Positions 20,647 to 30,446 of a stretch of 64,000 bases of DNA are shown one piece after another. The translations under genes were made by a program, and so were the position numbers. This DNA is from Candidatus Doudnabacteria bacterium (GTDB taxonomy: Bacteria > Patescibacteriota > Doudnabacteria > UBA920): the NCBI GenBank assembly GCA_038230955.1, contig JBBRMG010000002.1, forward strand, positions 1,199-65,198. The letters run 5' to 3'. The notes below the pieces were generated by a model. That model made no database searches. It was given only the letters and a program-made list of their open reading frames with translations, and was not told where the DNA came from. How positions within the stretch are numbered: the stretch's first letter is position 1; every line of letters begins with the position of its first letter.

Positions 20647-21819
20647 ATGAAGAATATGAAATGGACAGTAGCAGTGGTTATCGTACTGGCCTTAGTGGCA
20701 CTACTAGTAGCAAAGAATAATCATCAGCAGAAAGCTCAGCTTGTGGCAGAGAGATGCGATTCCGGTGACACCATTAAGATCGGGGCCGTGTATACTTTTA
20801 CGGGTAACCTGGCTGACATCGGTGAGTCATTCCGCGAAGGTACTGAAATAGAGAAAGACCAAATTAATGCCGCCGGGGGTATTAACGGAAAAAAGATTGA
20901 GATAATTTACGAAGACGCACCTGATTTCGCCGGCAAGCCTGGAGTAGACGCAGTGCATAAACTAGTATCGCAAAACAAAGTTTGCGCTGTGCTAGATTTT
21001 GTTTACGGTAGTCTCGGTGGTATTAATAGTTTTGCTGAAAAGAACCAAGTACCCATTGTCGACCCGCTGGACTCGTCCGACAAAATTGCTGGGTTTGGTG
21101 ACTGGGTATTCAGTAGCGGTGTGTACGACGACGGCATCGGCACCCATGTCGCTGAATTTGCCAAGAATGAAAAGGGAATCGATAAAGTGTCAATGCTGGT
21201 GGGGCAAGATGAATATCTTTTATCTGTAGCAAGTGGTTTCGAAAAAACATTTAAAGCAGGTGGTGGCCAAATCACTGATCGGGAAGAGTTTGTAATCGGC
21301 ACTACTGATTTTAAAACCTCATTGTCTAAACTAATCCAAAGTGGCGCCCAAACAATATTCATTGGCCACATAGGCGAGGGTGGCATAATTGTGAAGCAAG
21401 CCCGCGAACTCGGTTTTAAAGGTACGTTTCTTGGAACTGATACTTTCAGCTTAGCTGACGTACAAAGAGTAGGTGGCTCGTTACTGAACGACAACTTGTA
21501 CTTTGCGTTATGGCGCAACTTTGATGCCACTACAAAGGACCAGGATCAGTTTTCCAAAGCATTCCTGGCAAAATACAACAAAGCCCCCGGTGATTACATG
21601 TTTTACAACGTACTTGGTTACGATGGCTTAAAAGTAATGGCTGAAGCAATTAGTAAGTCGGACATGACCGGGGGCAGCATAAAGGACCAACTGTACAAGA
21701 TAAATAATTTCCAGGGATTAAGTGGCCCAATTACCATTACACCAGAGGGAATTAATAAAGACCCTAAATCCGCCATGGTAATGTACAAAGACGGCAAGAT
21801 TGTTCGTTACCAGAAATAG
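20647..21819 (+). CDS. periplasmic-binding-protein type 1 solute-binding protein, orphan (copy 2)
   Basis: TM/signal then IKIGAVYTFTGNLADIGESFREGTEIEKDQINAAGGINGKKIEI. Start taken at MKNMKW. Confidence 0.75.
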   Translation: MKNMKWTVAVVIVLALVALLVAKNNHQQKAQLVAERCDSGDTIKIGAVYTFTGNLADIGESFREGTEIEKDQINAAGGINGKKIEIIYEDAPDFAGKPGVDAVHKLVSQNKVCAVLDFVYGSLGGINSFAEKNQVPIVDPLDSSDKIAGFGDWVFSSGVYDDGIGTHVAEFAKNEKGIDKVSMLVGQDEYLLSVASGFEKTFKAGGGQITDREEFVIGTTDFKTSLSKLIQSGAQTIFIGHIGEGGIIVKQARELGFKGTFLGTDTFSLADVQRVGGSLLNDNLYFALWRNFDATTKDQDQFSKAFLAKYNKAPGDYMFYNVLGYDGLKVMAEAISKSDMTGGSIKDQLYKINNFQGLSGPITITPEGINKDPKSAMVMYKDGKIVRYQK

Positions 21820-21830
21820 ACCGTTATAAC

Positions 21831-21856
21831 AAAACTCCCCGGTTACGGGGAGTTTT
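21831..21856. terminator. bidirectional terminator
   Basis: aaaactcccc-ggttac-ggggagtttt between the convergent binding-protein gene and polA. Confidence 0.6.
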
Positions 21857-24695
21857 GTTCCACCCTTTTCATTTGGCCCCAATTATCACCAACCTTAGCT
21901 TCGGCGGTAACCGGTACGGTCAGTTTAATAGCGGACTCCATTAGCGGTTTTATTATTTCTATCCATTTGTCTACGGCGCTCTCTTGGACCTCAAACACTA
22001 ATTCGTCGTGGACTTGCAACAACATGCGAATTTCATCACCTAACCCTGCGATTTCTCTGAAAATGTTAAGCATGGCGATTTTTAACACATCGGCCTGTAG
22101 ACTCTGGATAGGGAAATTTACAGCAGCCCGTTCCGCTGCGGCGCGAATAAAGAACTGCGACGACTTTACTTCAGGGAACTTGCGAGTGCGCCCCAGTTCG
22201 TTCTTCACTAACGCATCGCGGTTGACATCGACTTTAACACTATCTATGTATTGCTTCACTTGGGGATAGGCAGCGAAATATTTATTAATAAACTCCTTGG
22301 CCTCGGCGTTAGTCACAGCGCCAATGCGACTAGACAGACCAAAACTGGACAGACCGTACAACACTCCAAAGTTAATGGTCTTAGCATCACGGCGCATATC
22401 GTCGGTCAGCCCTTCATCACCCACCCCAAATATGGCTCTCGCTGTGTTAGCGTGAATATCTTCTTTGTTTTTAAACACGTGCATCATATTTTTGTCCTGC
22501 GACAAATGAGCGATAATTCGCAGTTCCATTTGCGAGTAATCTATGGAAACAAGTTTGTATCCCTTTTCGGCCACGAACGCTTTGCGAATTTCCGCACCCA
22601 AGCCTGTGCCGCGCACTGGAATATTTTGCAAATTTGGATCAATCGATGACAGTCGGCCCGTCGCGGCAATAGTTTGATTGTAACTAGTATGAATGCGCCC
22701 CGTGGCTGGATTGACTTGCAACGGCAACGCTAGTAAGTAAGTCGATTGCAACTTCGACAGTTCTCGATAATTCAAAATCTTTTCAATAATGGGATGCTCA
22801 CCTAATAAGTATTCCAGCACACCCGCTGCAGTAGACAGTCCTGTTTTGTTTTTCTTTCCTGAAGTTAAGCCGAGTTTATTGTAAAGAATTTCGCCTAACT
22901 GCTTTGGGGAGTTTAAATTAAATTCTTCGTCCGCTAATTTATAGATGTCTTGTTCTAGGTCATTAATCTGATTTTTTGCATCTTCTGACAGCCGAGCAAC
23001 TAAATCAATATCTAACTTGATTCCCCAGCGCTCCATATTGGCTAGCACCGGAATAAGCGGCATTTCAATCTCACGAAAAATTTTGTCTAAGCCTTCTTTT
23101 TTCAGCTCTGGTTCAAAAATTTCTTTTAGTCGCAAAGTAATGTCAGCATCTTCAGCGGCATACCAACTAACCTTTTCTACATCCACTTGGTCCATGGTAA
23201 TTTGGTTCTTACCTTTGCCAATTAAATCTTCAATTGGTTGCATCTGATAACCAAGTTCATTGAACGCAGCAGCATCTAAGCTGTGTTTACGGGTACCAGC
23301 GTTCAGTAAATAAGATGCAATCATAGTGTCGAATGCTGGATTCTCCAGTTTGATGTTCTCGTTTTGCAGCACTAACAAATCATATTTAATGTTGTGGCCA
23401 ATCTTAGCGGCATTACTGGCAATCAGTTTTTTTAACGCTTCGCTTTTCGTAACGATGTTAGCAGGAACATAATAAGCTTCGCCTGGTTTAGTAGCCAATG
23501 ACACGCCTACCAACCGGGCTACGATTGGGTTCAAGCCTGTGGTCTCAGTATCGATAGCTAAATCAGTATTTTTGTCAGTGGACTTAGTAATTTTCTTCAA
23601 AACTTTATCGAGTTTTTCTAAACTGTCGAGCAATTGATAATCCTGTTTAAAATCAACCAGCTTCACGGCCTGAGGCACTAATGGCGCATCCACAGCGCCT
23701 TCATCTTTAGTGGCGGATTTTGCTGTGCCCTTGGATTTGGCTTTAATTTCCGCTGATGCTTCCACTGCCGGCAGCTCTTTAGCCCCAATATAATCTTTGG
23801 GCAACTTGTCTATTAAACTCCGAAACTCCAACTCCTGGAATAATTTCATGGTAGCAGTTAAATCAGCCTGCTTAAATTGGTACGGTTGAATATCAATATC
23901 GAGCGGCACATCGCAAACAATCTTCGACAAGAAATAAGATTGATCCGCCTCTTTCTCACCGTCAATCAACAACTGCAAAATACGCGGCTTAATTTTATCG
24001 CCGATCTTACCAGCTTTTATCGCCGCGTACAATTTTTGCAAAGAGCCAAAATCTTGAATTAACTGGCCAGCGGTTTTTTCACCAATACCACGCACACCTT
24101 TAATATTATCTGATGGATCACCACGCAAAGACTTATAGTCGATCATCTGTAAGGGAGTTAAACCATAGCGGTCTTTCACAGCTTGTTCATCATAAATAGC
24201 AGTATCACCAATGCCTTTACGCAACGTATAAATTTTCACGCACTTATTCACGAGCTGAAGCGCATCTAAATCGCCGGTGACAATCATAACATCGCAGTTG
24301 TCCTGAGATTGTTTGCACAGCTCGGTAGCCAAAGTACCCAGAACGTCATCAGCCTCAAACCCTTTCACTTCAAAAATTGGAATATTTAACAACCGCGCCA
24401 CTTCTTTCACCCGAGGGAACTGATCATACAATTCCTGTGCCGCTTTTACCCGAGTCCCTTTGTACTCAGCGTAACTATCGTGCCGAAAAGTCGGACCAGC
24501 TAAATCAAAAGAGCAAGCAATGTGCGTCGGTTTTAAGTCTTTAATCGCGCGGAGCAGTATCATTGTAAATCCGTAAACTGCATTAGTCTGTTCCCCCGAC
24601 TTTGAGGTCAAAGCCGGAATAGCATGAAAGCCCCGATGAACCAGGGCATTGCCGTCTATCAACATATATCGTTTATCCGCTTTTTTCTTTGGCAT
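21843..24695 (-). CDS. polA: DNA polymerase I
   Basis: 950 aa. 5'-3' exonuclease N-terminus. Polymerase motifs RRDAKTINFGVLYG and QVHDELVFEV. Confidence 0.95.
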   Translation of the reverse strand: MPKKKADKRYMLIDGNALVHRGFHAIPALTSKSGEQTNAVYGFTMILLRAIKDLKPTHIACSFDLAGPTFRHDSYAEYKGTRVKAAQELYDQFPRVKEVARLLNIPIFEVKGFEADDVLGTLATELCKQSQDNCDVMIVTGDLDALQLVNKCVKIYTLRKGIGDTAIYDEQAVKDRYGLTPLQMIDYKSLRGDPSDNIKGVRGIGEKTAGQLIQDFGSLQKLYAAIKAGKIGDKIKPRILQLLIDGEKEADQSYFLSKIVCDVPLDIDIQPYQFKQADLTATMKLFQELEFRSLIDKLPKDYIGAKELPAVEASAEIKAKSKGTAKSATKDEGAVDAPLVPQAVKLVDFKQDYQLLDSLEKLDKVLKKITKSTDKNTDLAIDTETTGLNPIVARLVGVSLATKPGEAYYVPANIVTKSEALKKLIASNAAKIGHNIKYDLLVLQNENIKLENPAFDTMIASYLLNAGTRKHSLDAAAFNELGYQMQPIEDLIGKGKNQITMDQVDVEKVSWYAAEDADITLRLKEIFEPELKKEGLDKIFREIEMPLIPVLANMERWGIKLDIDLVARLSEDAKNQINDLEQDIYKLADEEFNLNSPKQLGEILYNKLGLTSGKKNKTGLSTAAGVLEYLLGEHPIIEKILNYRELSKLQSTYLLALPLQVNPATGRIHTSYNQTIAATGRLSSIDPNLQNIPVRGTGLGAEIRKAFVAEKGYKLVSIDYSQMELRIIAHLSQDKNMMHVFKNKEDIHANTARAIFGVGDEGLTDDMRRDAKTINFGVLYGLSSFGLSSRIGAVTNAEAKEFINKYFAAYPQVKQYIDSVKVDVNRDALVKNELGRTRKFPEVKSSQFFIRAAAERAAVNFPIQSLQADVLKIAMLNIFREIAGLGDEIRMLLQVHDELVFEVQESAVDKWIEIIKPLMESAIKLTVPVTAEAKVGDNWGQMKRVEQNSP

Positions 24696-24771
24696 ACCGG
24701 TATTTTAGCGGTTTCTAAGCATAAACAAAAGCCGCCTGCTCAGAAGAGCTGGCGGCTTGTATAACTCGATG

Positions 24772-25707
24772 TTATTCTTGCGCCTGAAAATCTGGCAAGG
24801 TTATATCTCCGCTAACTTGAACGCTTTGCGTTCCGAAGCGATACAGTCTAGTAATAGACAAAACCTTAACTGTATATGTCTCTCCGATACTAACATTGTC
24901 AAACGAGAAATATCCAAACGCACTTGTAGTTGATGTTCGCGCTACCCCTCTAGAATCTGTTAACGACACTGCTGAATTCCTCAACCCCCGACCGTCAAGT
25001 GCAAGAACTCTTCCGCTAACGGTTGCAGTCTTAGGCTGAGCAACTCTTGCCAATTGAAAGGTAGAGCTTTCACTCGGTGAATTTCTACCATTTCCCGTAA
25101 CATTAATTCGAGAGGCTAAAAGATACTGATCCGGCAAATCGGCTGGTATGGTCCATGTATACTGACCATTGTCAGATGTGCTACTGGTAATAGTATATGG
25201 GGAAATAGTAGGGATATAACACTTAGGAGTCTGGGATAAGCATGCATAATAAGGACTTACCGTTATGCTAACAGTACCGCCAGTCAATCTATTTCGGATA
25301 AGTTTAGGGTTCCAACGGATGGTTTGCTTTTCTCCTGTTTTCCAAACCTCACCAGCAGATGGGCTAGTTACTCTTAGTTGAGCAGTGCTGTCGCCAACAC
25401 AAGTTGAGTTGCCGCAATTCGTGAGATCGAAATTATCATTAACTGGCTGGGCTCCGCATGGTGATGATCTGGAACAAATTACCTTAGTGCGTCCTGACCG
25501 CCTTGCGTCAAACCTATCGGAAGCAAAAGAGGATAATGGATTCAGTTTGATGCCAGCAAGCTGTTGGCCAGTGCTGGTAGTCATTAGCGCTAATGCTCCT
25601 AATATAACCGCAGCAAATAACACGGTTACTATCAGGGCTGTTCGCCGAGACACGGGATGGCTAGGAGTCAGCCTGGTAGTCCCCTTGTCTTCATGGATTT
25701 CTTGCAT
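24772..25707 (-). CDS. secreted/surface protein with an Ig-like domain and a carboxypeptidase-regulatory-like domain
   Basis: TM anchor. VTSPSAGEVWKTGEKQTIRW (Kre9/KNH-like Ig fold). C-terminal VSGRVL..GRGLRNSAVSLTDSRG...GYFSFDNVSIGETYTVKV (CarboxypepD_reg-like). Confidence 0.55.
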   Translation of the reverse strand: MQEIHEDKGTTRLTPSHPVSRRTALIVTVLFAAVILGALALMTTSTGQQLAGIKLNPLSSFASDRFDARRSGRTKVICSRSSPCGAQPVNDNFDLTNCGNSTCVGDSTAQLRVTSPSAGEVWKTGEKQTIRWNPKLIRNRLTGGTVSITVSPYYACLSQTPKCYIPTISPYTITSSTSDNGQYTWTIPADLPDQYLLASRINVTGNGRNSPSESSTFQLARVAQPKTATVSGRVLALDGRGLRNSAVSLTDSRGVARTSTTSAFGYFSFDNVSIGETYTVKVLSITRLYRFGTQSVQVSGDITLPDFQAQE

Positions 25708-25737
25708 AATTCTGTTTTAATTAATAATACTTTTGTT

Positions 25738-26691
25738 TCAATACGATTTGTATGTAGATACATTATAGCATGAATAAAAGGTTTTTGCAAATAAAAAAAG
25801 CGGACGTTCTCTGGTTGAGAATCGTCCGCACCCCCTTGCTATACAATCACTAGAACACCCTTTCGTGGTCTCCATTCTTGCTACTGGAAACACCAGCTTG
25901 AGAGAGAGAGTATATAAATTGTCGCCGTTGCGCAAATACGTGTCAACCCCGCGGACCACAACGCGTATCTGATTAGCCGTAACCGACACTATCCACTGCG
26001 GGTCAACTACTTGACAACAACCAATCACGATAGTCGGCTTTTCGCCGGGAAAGAATCGGCCGTTGAGTACAACCAGGTACGTATCTCGGCCCAGCGCCTG
26101 TTCAGTGACGGACTTAAGCTGTGGCCACTGCTGCTCGGCGTCGATGAATACCGGAATCGTCGTGGCCACTCTCTCGACGCGCTTTGCAGTGATGAAGTAA
26201 ACGTCATAAGACAGATTGCCGGCACTTTCAAAAGTACTGAACCCGCCGTGATGCAGGATGAACCCTAATCCCTGGCCGAAACCATTGTCGAACTGCCAGG
26301 CACTGTACTTAATCACCGACCCATTGGGTCGGGTCTCGAACACGAGCATGGTCACCGGTTCCCTTACCGTAGCAGTAGTCAGCATTAATGTATTGACGAC
26401 GTAGTCAAAAATCTGCGACGGTGGTTCACTAATAATCACCGCTGAAGCTAAACCGTCAGTAACAGCCTGCTTTTGCGAGTCGGTGACTTTAGCGGCAGAC
26501 TTATAAGCCTCGATCTGCTGCAGGGCCTGGTTATCCTCGGCCGAGCCTTTATCGATCGCGCGTCCAATGTCAGCCGGATCCACGATCCGCAACACCGGCT
26601 TCTTTGGCTGGCCATAAGTGGGCGCCACCGAAACCGCAAGAAGAATCCCAACAACGAATACCAACAACGAAAAGTTATTACTTTTTTTCAT
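25738..26691 (-). CDS. secreted hypothetical protein
   Basis: Start at MKKSNNFSLLVFVVGILLAVSVAPTYG (signal peptide) with AAGAGGGAAAAA RBS. The reading frame runs through a terminator and a promoter before its stop. Confidence 0.5.
   Translation of the reverse strand: MKKSNNFSLLVFVVGILLAVSVAPTYGQPKKPVLRIVDPADIGRAIDKGSAEDNQALQQIEAYKSAAKVTDSQKQAVTDGLASAVIISEPPSQIFDYVVNTLMLTTATVREPVTMLVFETRPNGSVIKYSAWQFDNGFGQGLGFILHHGGFSTFESAGNLSYDVYFITAKRVERVATTIPVFIDAEQQWPQLKSVTEQALGRDTYLVVLNGRFFPGEKPTIVIGCCQVVDPQWIVSVTANQIRVVVRGVDTYLRNGDNLYTLSLKLVFPVARMETTKGCSSDCIARGCGRFSTRERPLFLFAKTFYSCYNVSTYKSY
25760..25788 (-). promoter_or_regulatory. sigma70-like promoter on the minus strand (TTGCAA-17-TATAAT)
   Basis: Minus strand reads TTGCAAaaaccttttattcatgcTATAAT, immediately upstream of the 24772..25707 gene. 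Confidence 0.5.
25790..25827 (-). terminator. rho-independent terminator embedded in the 3' end of the upstream ORF
   Basis: gcggacgttctc-tggtt-gagaatcgtccgc with a T tract on the minus strand. Confidence 0.55.
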
Positions 26692-26974
26692 TTTTTCCCT
26701 CTTTTTATCTGTATCTAAACTTAGAACTACTACATTGCTTGGTTTCCCAAACAAAAAACTCTACACTTTTCGAGCCGGTCTGTTTTCCTGAATATTGGAT
26801 ATGTCTGAAAAGTACCGTGAAGGTAAAGCTATAGAGTTTTTTAATCGGGAATCCTATAAAAAGATACCTTTGTATTTATTTTTAAATACCCTCTAGTATA
26901 CTCATAAACAAGCCATTTGTCAAGAGACGAGGCGTGTTAATCAATATTTCTCCTTTAATTAAGCCAAATAATTT

Positions 26975-28630
26975 CTAAGCATTGTCCCCTGCTACTCGGA
27001 AAACCTCTTCAATATCAGTAATTCCACTGGCAGCCTTTAGTATGCCGTCTTGAACCATAGTAACCATGCCATCTTTGAACGCCTGGTCCTTCATTTGTCG
27101 ACCCGACACGCCAGCCAAGATCAGCTCTTTCATTGCATCGTTTAATTCCATCACTTCATAAATACCGATTCGTCCTTTATACCCCAAGTTGTTACATTCA
27201 ACGCAACCAGCTGAATGAAAGAATTGTAACGGTTCAGGCACCACCACATTTGCTGTCGGTGCCATCTCGGCTATAACTTTATTGACCTGATCCATAAGCG
27301 CAGGGGCTATCTCCACGGGTTTGCGACAGGCTTCACAGAGCCGGCGCACTAACCGTTGAGCGATGATGGCGTTAATAGCCGGAGCAATAATAAATGGCTT
27401 AGTGCCCATCGTGACTAACCGCGGAATTGCCCCCGAGGCATCGTTAGTGTGCAGAGTCGATAATACAATGTGACCGGTCAACGCGGCCTGCAATGCTGTC
27501 TCTGCGGTTTCACTATCGCGAATTTCACCCACCATGACAATATCTGGATCCTGGCGCAAAATTGCGCGCAACCCTTTGGCAAAACTAAAATCAATTCGAT
27601 AATCTATTGGAGTTTGCTGGACTCCTTCCAACTTGTACTCAATTGGGTCTTCTAAAGTAATAATTTTTACCCCTGGCTCATTGAGCTCATTTAAAAATGC
27701 GTAGAGTGTTGTGGTTTTTCCACTACCCGTTGGACCAGTGGTAATAATCATACCATTTGGTTTATTCAGTTCGCGCTCAATTACTTCATAAGCGCGGCCG
27801 CGCAATCCTAATTGATCAAGTTTTAAATTTGTAGCGCCAATACCAAGTAACCGAAGTACTATTGCTTCGCCGTAGCCAGACGGCAATACTGATACACGAA
27901 CATCAATGGCTTGCTCTCCGTAATAGAAAGTAATGCGTCCATCTTGTGGCACATTCTCCACATTCAATTTTAGTTTTGACAAGATTTTGATCCGCGAAAT
28001 TATTTTGTGCTTCAAATTAATATCAAAATGGGTCATGTCTTGCAGTACTCCATCAACGCGGTAACGGAGCTTGAGCATTTTTTCCTCTGGCTCCAAATGA
28101 ATATCAGACGCATTGAGACTAACAGCACCACCAAGCATGTTGGCCAATAAATCACTGGCCGACGCCGCGGCTTGAACTGCTGGATCTTTCAACTTTTGCA
28201 GTAAAGTAGTAAAATTTGCCCCTGCATCAATGTGTACCACTTGGTCAAACGTCGACTTCGGCCGTAACACTTTCGCATAATATTTAAGAGTATCCGTGTA
28301 ACTAGCATGGGAAACAAAATACAAAGATACTTTGTATTTTGCTGATAACTCTTTCACCTTATGCTGAAGAATTGGATTGGACGGGTTAATAGTCGCAATG
28401 CGAACATCGTGCACTTCTTTGAAAAATGGTAAACTTTCCGAGTCCTTGGCTTCGTCTTCAGTAAAGTATGATAAAACGTTTAAATCTAAAGGAAAACTGT
28501 GCAAATTCACATAGGGAATACCCAAAGTCTGAGCCTGAGCTTGGGCTTCTTTTTCCTGCATCATCCGATTTTGCTCAGTTAGTGCACGGGCAAAATCTTG
28601 AGGATTTGATGATAAAAATGAGTGCGACAT
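26975..28630 (-). CDS. pilB: type IV pilus assembly / type II secretion ATPase (PilB/GspE family)
   Basis: Walker A GPTGSGKTTT, the GspE signature region, and a C-terminal Cys cluster. Confidence 0.85.
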   Translation of the reverse strand: MSHSFLSSNPQDFARALTEQNRMMQEKEAQAQAQTLGIPYVNLHSFPLDLNVLSYFTEDEAKDSESLPFFKEVHDVRIATINPSNPILQHKVKELSAKYKVSLYFVSHASYTDTLKYYAKVLRPKSTFDQVVHIDAGANFTTLLQKLKDPAVQAAASASDLLANMLGGAVSLNASDIHLEPEEKMLKLRYRVDGVLQDMTHFDINLKHKIISRIKILSKLKLNVENVPQDGRITFYYGEQAIDVRVSVLPSGYGEAIVLRLLGIGATNLKLDQLGLRGRAYEVIERELNKPNGMIITTGPTGSGKTTTLYAFLNELNEPGVKIITLEDPIEYKLEGVQQTPIDYRIDFSFAKGLRAILRQDPDIVMVGEIRDSETAETALQAALTGHIVLSTLHTNDASGAIPRLVTMGTKPFIIAPAINAIIAQRLVRRLCEACRKPVEIAPALMDQVNKVIAEMAPTANVVVPEPLQFFHSAGCVECNNLGYKGRIGIYEVMELNDAMKELILAGVSGRQMKDQAFKDGMVTMVQDGILKAASGITDIEEVFRVAGDNA

Positions 28631-28795
28631 GCTTTAGTTTTTGTATCTGCGGAAACAATTCTTGATTATATTATACCATGATGAGCCGAACCCATCCTCT
28701 TTGCTCCTGAGGAGTACTCCGCAGACAGCACAGCTGTCGAGGACCACGACGAAGGATGTAAGAGGGTGGATTCGGAATGATAATAGAAATAAAAT

Positions 28796-29953
28796 TTAGG
28801 TTGTTTTGACGGCATCAACCAAGAGTTGCTCGACTTGGGACAAGCTAACTCCAGACAAATTCAATGCCACCACTTGGTATAATCCAAAAATATTTACTGG
28901 TGGGGTGAATGTCTCACTGATTTTAGCAGCAATCGCTTCCAACCGAACATGGGGCAGGGATGCCAACATCAACTTGGAGCCAGAACTGGTTTCGCCCATT
29001 AAAGCCACAGACTGGAAGCCGGAGACATTTTCCAATAGTTCTTTCAATACATCCCCCATCCGTTCATCCGTTTCGCCAGTCTTTTCAAAATCAGCAACAG
29101 TCAACTGAGAATAAAGCAACGAGTGCCCAGTGTCTGTTTTAATTCGGGCTAATGCCCGGCCCCATAATTTCAATAACGAAAATTCTTTTGTTTTAAATAA
29201 ATGCTGAATGACATCTTGTTGCTTGGCTCCGTTAGCAATTAAGTCTGAAGCGGTGGTGAACGTTTGCGGTGTGGTGGCTGGATCTTGAAAACTATGGGTG
29301 TTCGCTACAATTCCTGCTAACAGACCTGTGGCAATTGGTTCATCGGTTACCGCAGACTCAATAGAGCGAATGACACTGTAAATAATTTCGGATACCGCCG
29401 CCGCAGTAACTTCCACTACATTAACTGTTCCAAAATATTCATTGGCTGGGTCATCGTCAATATTAATTTTCGGCCGTTCAAAAAATAAGGGTGAATTATC
29501 TGTATATAAACTGCCAAGGTCCTCTAGTGTATGGGCCCCAACTGTAATTATTAAATCATAGGGTTCAGTATTATATGAAACGCTAACATCTTCTGGTAAA
29601 AACTGACCATCTCTTGGTTTCAGGAAAATCTTTACAACATCCGAACCTGACTCATAGCTTAATTCTTCTAGTTGAGCGTGAGCAGTGGTCACTTGGATTA
29701 CAGTAGTGCGATCGGACGAAATATTAGCTTGTACCTCCGGCATTGCACTCAAAAAACCAGCGGACGGCAAAAAAGAGGCCGAGGAAGCCAATGTGACTTC
29801 TTTGCCTAATTTCTTCAAAACGGCATGCAAAGCATAGGCTCCACACAAGCGATCTATCGTTACTGCCGTGGGCAATGCGATGAGGATTTTGCGAGAACGA
29901 CTGACGTTTTCCGAGATTTGGCGTTTCAATTCTATAGGGGTAGGTTGTTCCAT
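28796..29953 (-). CDS. DHH/DHHA1-family phosphoesterase-like protein (NrnA-like) with degenerate catalytic motifs
   Basis: Collinear with NrnA, but DHH is replaced by DDD (NIDDDP), motif I lacks the His, and motif IV is GIVANTHSF. Confidence 0.5.
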   Translation of the reverse strand: MEQPTPIELKRQISENVSRSRKILIALPTAVTIDRLCGAYALHAVLKKLGKEVTLASSASFLPSAGFLSAMPEVQANISSDRTTVIQVTTAHAQLEELSYESGSDVVKIFLKPRDGQFLPEDVSVSYNTEPYDLIITVGAHTLEDLGSLYTDNSPLFFERPKINIDDDPANEYFGTVNVVEVTAAAVSEIIYSVIRSIESAVTDEPIATGLLAGIVANTHSFQDPATTPQTFTTASDLIANGAKQQDVIQHLFKTKEFSLLKLWGRALARIKTDTGHSLLYSQLTVADFEKTGETDERMGDVLKELLENVSGFQSVALMGETSSGSKLMLASLPHVRLEAIAAKISETFTPPVNIFGLYQVVALNLSGVSLSQVEQLLVDAVKTT

Positions 29954-30008
29954 AGCCCATTACTATACAAAATTTTACTCCGGAGGTCAATTCACGGTAC
30001 AATAGAGC

Positions 30009-30446
30009 ATGCAACGCCGATATGACATCCGTCTGACCGAGGCTCGAAAACTAGCAAAAGAGCTGGCCCGTAGCCTTAAAGGAGGCGAAACCTTAGCCTT
30101 AGTCGGCGCATTAGGAAGCGGTAAAACAACCTTTACTCAGGCATTGGGAGCAGCGCTTGGAGTTAAGCACAAAATCCATAGTCCAACTTTTATAGTAATG
30201 CAGGAATTTCCGACTACTCGCAAAACCAGCGGCCACGGAAAAACTAGCAAACAACCAATCTGGCTCATTCACGCTGATCTTTACAGGACTGCAGACTTCC
30301 GGGAAGTAAGATCCACAGGAATTCCTGAGCTTTGGACTAAGCCCAACATTATTACTGTTATCGAATGGGCCGACAAAATTAAAAAGTACTTGCCCTCCTC
30401 TACTATATATATTCATTTAACCCGTGACGTCACAGATGCACAATAA
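30009..30446 (+). CDS. tsaE: tRNA threonylcarbamoyladenosine biosynthesis protein TsaE
   Basis: GALGSGKTTFTQALGAALGV...SPTFIVMQEF...HADLYR. Confidence 0.8.
   Translation: MQRRYDIRLTEARKLAKELARSLKGGETLALVGALGSGKTTFTQALGAALGVKHKIHSPTFIVMQEFPTTRKTSGHGKTSKQPIWLIHADLYRTADFREVRSTGIPELWTKPNIITVIEWADKIKKYLPSSTIYIHLTRDVTDAQ

Noticed and set aside
21003-21530. 175-aa minus-strand ORF inside the second binding-protein gene, and 54646..55191 plus-strand ORF inside gyrA, 48172..48864 inside yebC, 51469..51918 inside the permease, 59944..60234 inside rpsA
   Set aside because: Antisense overlaps of confidently assigned genes. Ser/Pro/Ala-rich, low-complexity translations typical of shadow frames.
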